Shown: piece by piece, positions 60,008 to 64,000 of the stretch | Numbering within the stretch: the first letter of the stretch is position 1 | How the letters are laid out: each line of letters begins with the position of its first letter | Virus record (IMG/VR): IMGVR_UViG_3300009184_000002 | DNA: 64,000 nucleotides | Source of the DNA: an uncultured virus (IMG/VR IMGVR_UViG_3300009184_000002) | Taxonomy: Duplodnaviria > Heunggongvirae > Uroviricota > Caudoviricetes | Direction: 5' to 3' (one strand) | The notes under the pieces: model-generated | Database searches by the model: none | What the model was told of the DNA's origin: nothing | What the model saw: the letters and a program-made list of their open reading frames with translations, nothing else | Program-made: the position numbers and the translations under genes

Positions 60008-60175
60008 TTAACGACCTCTGCCAGATGCACGCTTCATTACTTGTTTAGGTAAATTCTTAGATACTGGACCAGCTTTCATAAACTCTTTACCTACTTTTTT
60101 AGGAATGCCTAGTGTGCTTTTACCAGCTGCAGCAGCACCCATGGCGCCTTTTTGAGCTTCTGATTTATATGGCAT
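60008..60175 (-). CDS. Small basic protein (not in ORF track)
   Basis: [36 protein letters not shown]...GRGR. Confidence 0.6.
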   Translation of the reverse strand: MPYKSEAQKGAMGAAAAGKSTLGIPKKVGKEFMKAGPVSKNLPKQVMKRASGRGR

Positions 60176-60657
60176 TATGAGCAAGTTCCACCAGACATCA
60201 TCTTCTTAACTTTTCCACCGTTACGCTTGTAACCCATTTTGTTACGTACATTGGTTGGCAATTTAGCTAAACCTGGATTTTCTTGCTCATCAACTTCTTC
60301 TAAAGAGCCACCACCAGCTAACATTTTTGGTTTGCAGTCTTTAGCATCATCCATATTCTTGATGTCTTCTTTGGTTTTCTTAGCACCAAATACACCACCA
60401 CCACATTTGTACTTTTTAACAGTGCCACATTCTTTTTTAGCACGACCACCTTTTTTGAGTTTGGATAGGTCGGTCTTTTCTCCGGGGTGCTCTTGCTTGT
60501 CGTGCATAGCAAATGCTTTTTTAACAACCTTTTTGTCTTTAGAGATGTCTTCTTTCATTTCACTTTTTTCGGAATGACGTGATTTATAGACAGATCCGCC
60601 TTCCTTATAACAAGGAATGTCAGACTTCATTTTGGTATTTTGTTTGTAATCGTTCAT
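60175..60657 (-). CDS. Lys-rich protein with six GG-motif repeats
   Basis: YKEGG, LKKGG, YKCGG, LAGGG, YKRNGG, MMSGG. Confidence 0.65.
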   Translation of the reverse strand: MNDYKQNTKMKSDIPCYKEGGSVYKSRHSEKSEMKEDISKDKKVVKKAFAMHDKQEHPGEKTDLSKLKKGGRAKKECGTVKKYKCGGGVFGAKKTKEDIKNMDDAKDCKPKMLAGGGSLEEVDEQENPGLAKLPTNVRNKMGYKRNGGKVKKMMSGGTCS

Positions 60658-60682
60658 ATGGTTTCCTTAAAGACTCCTAATA

Positions 60683-60715
60683 CTACTTATGCAAAAATGG
60701 GGTTGTTTACGCCCC
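60683..60715 (-). promoter_or_regulatory. Phage-specific (late) promoter
   Basis: GGGGCG-N16-TGCATAAGTAG. Confidence 0.78.
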
Positions 60716-61245
60716 TACTCGTTAGCTAAAAACAAAGCTCGTTCTGCTTGTCTACGTTTTTTTAAACCTGGGGTTGTCCAGTTCATAAAGGCGTCTGCCG
60801 CCTTTTGGGTGTCGCCTTGATTAAGGTGGTAGACTACCTCTGAGCGAACCATTCTGTCCGGCCCAATGTTATGGCATAGGCTGTGTAAGGCGTCAGCTTG
60901 GGTTCTGTTAACCATGACCTTTATAGCCGATTCTAGGGCATCTGAGCACATTTTAAGGTCTTGGTGTAGCAACCCTATTACCTCTGCCTCAGAAAGCTCC
61001 CTATGGAGCATATGACGATCCTGTGGGCGTATTAAATGCCCTACTCCAATTGTCCACTTGCCGTTAACATCTTGGTAGGCTTTGGTGCGAAATCCTTCAA
61101 ACCCAGTAATTAAATCAATGGTGGACATTGCCACCCATTCAAACTTCTTCTCGTATTGTACTAGCCAATCACCCAACGGAGGGTAGGTCACAGACCCAAA
61201 AACGATGGCGGCAGTACAGATACAAGATGTAATAATCTTGTACAT
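60715..61245 (-). CDS. GH24 lysozyme, possible SAR endolysin
   Basis: E-x8-D-x5-T (FEGFRTKAYQDVNGKWTIGVGH), GLKKRRQAERALF, hydrophobic N-terminus. Confidence 0.88.
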   Translation of the reverse strand: MYKIITSCICTAAIVFGSVTYPPLGDWLVQYEKKFEWVAMSTIDLITGFEGFRTKAYQDVNGKWTIGVGHLIRPQDRHMLHRELSEAEVIGLLHQDLKMCSDALESAIKVMVNRTQADALHSLCHNIGPDRMVRSEVVYHLNQGDTQKAADAFMNWTTPGLKKRRQAERALFLANE

Positions 61246-61269
61246 GGTACCTCCTATTTCGTAATTATA

Positions 61270-61701
61270 TTACGAAAATGCTCTTGTGCCTGTTTTGTCG
61301 ATGATTAGAGATTGTCGGCGAGGATTACCGCCAGTAGTATTAGGAACAGAAATATGTGTCCAGCGGTCAAATTCTCGAATAAGTTGGTCATACCCAATCT
61401 CCGATGCAATTATTGCCCTTACAACCTCGTCGGGCGTCATGTTAGGGACACGGATGTCTGCAGCGCAGCCCACCCGATGTTGGCTCGAATCTTTGCTTCC
61501 AACGGCATCATTCACGGCCTTAGAGCGAAATGCGCTGTTCACCATAATAGGCTTTCCGCCTAATAGGAGTTTAACATCTTCTAGGAGGCCAGCTAAACGG
61601 ATTAGGTTGGCTGTTTCTTGCGGGTTGGGTGTGTTGTCGAACTCACGGTGGTCCGTGTGCGTTAGTTCGTCTAATGTAAAGTGTACGCTAAGATTTGTCA
61701 T
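61270..61701 (-). CDS. Peptidase M15A endolysin
   Basis: LSVHFTLDEL, SAFRS, SQH..GCAADI, WTHIS. Confidence 0.88.
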   Translation of the reverse strand: MTNLSVHFTLDELTHTDHREFDNTPNPQETANLIRLAGLLEDVKLLLGGKPIMVNSAFRSKAVNDAVGSKDSSQHRVGCAADIRVPNMTPDEVVRAIIASEIGYDQLIREFDRWTHISVPNTTGGNPRRQSLIIDKTGTRAFS

Positions 61702-61961
61702 TTAGTCTTGTTTCTTTCTTCTATTAACTTAACTCGGACATGAAGTTCGTGTAGTTCTTTGTAGATTTCTTCTCTGATCCGTGCCCGTTTTTCTGCTGAT
61801 ATGGGGCTGTCTGTTGGTACGCCTTCAGTTGTAATCAACGCTGGCATCTTGCCTTCAATCTGAGTAAGGCGAGTTTGAAATGAGGATACTTGTCCAAGCA
61901 ACCAGCCCATGCAGACTACAACAATAGGAATAACAGCTTTTAAAAGGTCTTGCATATTCAT
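61698..61961 (-). CDS. Membrane-anchored lysis-cluster protein
   Basis: N-terminal TM segment plus coiled coil. Confidence 0.5.
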   Translation of the reverse strand: MNMQDLLKAVIPIVVVCMGWLLGQVSSFQTRLTQIEGKMPALITTEGVPTDSPISAEKRARIREEIYKELHELHVRVKLIEERNKTK

Positions 61962-62359
61962 TTATTCTTGCTCCGAATTTCGGTTATTTTCTCCAGGCTA
62001 CGTGAGCCGAAATAGGCCCCGAAGACGAGCATGCCCCAGTTACCTAATAGGGTAACGTAGCTCTCGTTGGCGTTGAGTCCAAAGGCGGACATCATGGCAA
62101 ATACAAAGTAGCCGCCAAGGATCGCTATGAGCGCCATGGGTCGAATGTTTTTAGACAGCCAAGAGTCAGAGCTCATGTCGGCCTTCCAACGATCAGATAC
62201 ATTGTTCTGCTCGTTCATGTCGGCTTGGATGTCTGCCAGCTTACCGTCTTGGGCGAGCTTGGCAAGCTCTAACTGGGCTTGTGCCTTTTGGGCTGGGTCT
62301 GGAATTACTTTGTCTAGTATTTTTAAACCAGCACCAACGATGTCATCTATTCCGAACAT
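61958..62359 (-). CDS. Holin (GTA 3TM-type)
   Basis: DSWLSKNIRP, two TM segments, AYFGSRSLEK. Confidence 0.8.
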   Translation of the reverse strand: MFGIDDIVGAGLKILDKVIPDPAQKAQAQLELAKLAQDGKLADIQADMNEQNNVSDRWKADMSSDSWLSKNIRPMALIAILGGYFVFAMMSAFGLNANESYVTLLGNWGMLVFGAYFGSRSLEKITEIRSKNK

Positions 62360-62808
62360 TATTTATAGCCCCAAGTAAGGTACCACGCAATGACCGCAGC
62401 CGCTGCAAAACAATAGAACTGAACTCTTCTAACTGCCTTAAGATCGTGTTGAAACTCTTCATTGTTTTTTCTTTCCATGTTCTCTATGTCTAGTTTTATT
62501 CTGAGCAGAGCGTCCCACTCCTTGGCCCCGTACTTTCTAACAAAGTCAATCTTGAGCTTTGCCTCTTGGTCGGAGATTTGTTTCTTGTGGTTCCACTGCT
62601 CTAGTGCCTTGATGAGCGCGTGTTCTTTTTTGAACTCTGCCTCACGGGCTGCCCGTTTACGTTCTTGGGCTCTTTTGTTTGCAAGGTCGACCGCCTCTTG
62701 TTGTACGTCTGCGATCGACTTGCTTAGTTGTTGTGATCCCTCACGGGCGGAGTCTAAACTCGCTGCAAGGGTCTTTGCGCCCTCTGTTATTCCGAATGGG
62801 TCTGCCAT
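62359..62808 (-). CDS. Coiled-coil protein with C-terminal TM
   Basis: Helical, C-terminal FYCFAAAAVIAWYLTW. Confidence 0.55.
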   Translation of the reverse strand: MADPFGITEGAKTLAASLDSAREGSQQLSKSIADVQQEAVDLANKRAQERKRAAREAEFKKEHALIKALEQWNHKKQISDQEAKLKIDFVRKYGAKEWDALLRIKLDIENMERKNNEEFQHDLKAVRRVQFYCFAAAAVIAWYLTWGYK

Positions 62809-62814
62809 TATTCA

Positions 62815-62985
62815 TCAGTGTATTTTAACAACGATGGATAGTAGTGTAATGATAATAAAGCCCGCCGATCCAATGAGGATGGTCTCCAGACGCTTTAGTC
62901 TGGCGCAGATGGACTCGTAGCGGATCTCACAGATCTGCTCGTGGGCAGACAAGGCCGCCTCGTTCTTGTCAATTAGGTCGCTCAT
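62815..62985 (-). CDS. Small membrane protein, holin/XhlA-like (not in ORF track)
   Basis: MSDLIDKNEAALSAHEQICEIRYESICARLKRLETILIGSAGFIIITLLSIVVKIH. Confidence 0.6.
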   Translation of the reverse strand: MSDLIDKNEAALSAHEQICEIRYESICARLKRLETILIGSAGFIIITLLSIVVKIH

Positions 62986-63233
62986 TATCCGATCAGCGCC
63001 TTTATTTCGTCTGGCGTTAAACCAATTGCGGTTAGTTTAGATAAAGCCGATTCTTTGGCGGCAATTGCGGCTTGTTCTGCTGCTGTTTCGGCAGCTTGTA
63101 ATTCAGCTAATTTAACTTGTGCGGCATTTTTATTGTAGGGTACTTCTTTTTCGTCTTTGTCAAAAGCAACATCATCACGAACAATAACAATAGAAGGGTT
63201 GAGTGCAAAAATTGCTTGGTATAAATGAATCAT
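62985..63233 (-). CDS. Tail-fibre-associated small protein
   Basis: Paralog of 466..717. Confidence 0.6.
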   Translation of the reverse strand: MIHLYQAIFALNPSIVIVRDDVAFDKDEKEVPYNKNAAQVKLAELQAAETAAEQAAIAAKESALSKLTAIGLTPDEIKALIG

Positions 63234-63703
63234 GCTGCAATCTCCATAACAGTAATTGTTGACGTAGAGTTGCCAGCGTTTACTTGAGTTACAACAGTTC
63301 CAGTATTTTCAGAAGCGGCAAATTGTGTTTTATAAATAGTAGCAGAAGTTGTTGCTGGTGAATCTAAATAAGAAGTACTAAGTGTCTGACCATATAAAGC
63401 AATAGTTGTGCCAGTATACAAAGAATATAAAGATAAGTTAGAAATAATAGTTGAGTTTCTAAGAAGACTTAATTTCATATCAGCACCAGCATTGCCACCA
63501 TCTTTTGACACGCCGTTTTGATGAACAAAAACAAGAATTTTACTTGTAGAAAACTTAGGTGTAATAGTTACAGTTAAGCCAGTATCAATAAAAGTGCTTG
63601 TTGAACTTGCTACAAGTGTTGAAGTAAATCCATTAACTACTTGAATAACACTGCCCGTTGGCAGGCTGGAGATCATCCCGCCTTGTACTTGTGTTAACGC
63701 CAT
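63230..63703 (-). CDS. Short fibre/spike-domain protein
   Basis: Paralog of 714..1199. Confidence 0.65.
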   Translation of the reverse strand: MALTQVQGGMISSLPTGSVIQVVNGFTSTLVASSTSTFIDTGLTVTITPKFSTSKILVFVHQNGVSKDGGNAGADMKLSLLRNSTIISNLSLYSLYTGTTIALYGQTLSTSYLDSPATTSATIYKTQFAASENTGTVVTQVNAGNSTSTITVMEIAA

Positions 63704-63780
63704 TATGCTGCTCCTTCATCTGCGGGTAGTGGTGTGTTGCCTTCCTCGACCCATTTGAGGTATTGTTGGTAGTCTTTCAT
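63703..63780 (-). pseudogene. 25-codon remnant of a fibre chaperone
   Basis: [25 protein letters not shown] matches the C-terminus of 1199..1363. Confidence 0.6.
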
Positions 63781-63950
63781 TATGAAAGCTCCTCATCTGT
63801 TGGTTTAGCTAATGTAGGGTGTTCCCACTTAGCTATGTATGCGCCTTTGCCGTCTGAATCGTTTTGAACACGAATAGTTCCACGAGTAGGCATAAAATCT
63901 TCTTCTGTTAACTGTGGATATAGTGCTTTAATTTTTTCTTGTAATCCCAT
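63780..63950 (-). CDS. XkdW-like tail fibre chaperone
   Basis: IKALYPQL...QNDSDGKGAYIAKWEHPTLAKPTDEEL. Confidence 0.7.
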   Translation of the reverse strand: MGLQEKIKALYPQLTEEDFMPTRGTIRVQNDSDGKGAYIAKWEHPTLAKPTDEELS

Positions 63951-64000
63951 TATGCTGCCCTCAATAAACAACCAGTAAATGTTGTTGTGTTACTGTTACT
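63950..64000 (-). CDS. 3' end of another fibre-like gene entering from beyond the window
   Basis: Reads ...TTTFTGCLLRAA-stop, coupled to the XkdW-like start. Confidence 0.45.
   Translation of the reverse strand, partial: SNSNTTTFTGCLLRAA

Noticed and set aside
1..64000. tRNA/rRNA genes, integrase/repressor, reverse transcriptase (DGR), alternative genetic code
   Set aside because: None recognised by eye; long genes translate intact with the standard code. A tRNAscan/HMM run would be needed to exclude them fully.

Overview
The whole window is a slice of one tailed dsDNA bacteriophage genome with podovirus-like virion organisation. No integrase, repressor, tRNA or CRISPR array was seen. A proteobacterial host is inferred from NtrC-, Fis- and Fur-like boxes and gene content. 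Minus-strand blocks at 1-17.8 kb and 44.9-64 kb encode morphogenesis and lysis: tail fibres, major capsid, scaffold, GroES, portal, TerL, ejection proteins, tail adaptors, two endolysins and holins. The plus-strand block at 18.9-44.9 kb encodes early hypothetical proteins, a truncated sigma factor, a C5 methyltransferase, prim-pol/SF3 helicase, SNF2 helicase, an acyl carrier protein and ketosynthase pair, TerS, DUF2800 nuclease, SSB, class II RNR and PolA. The most unusual signals are: (1) the ACP + ketosynthase module, possibly linked to a GNAT-like gene beside an MG-starting ejection protein; (2) a phage-specific promoter, AGGGCG-N16-TGCATAAGTAG, with 7 full copies and 2 copies lacking the -35, together with what may be a sigma factor split into two distant genes; (3) a dense array of host-type transcription-factor operators, including five NtrC-consensus boxes, at the strand switch; (4) a free-standing, catalytically degenerate intein directly upstream of TerL; (5) a shared aromatic/hydrophobic-x-x-GG tag in internal virion proteins. 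All calls come from reading motifs; no searches were run.
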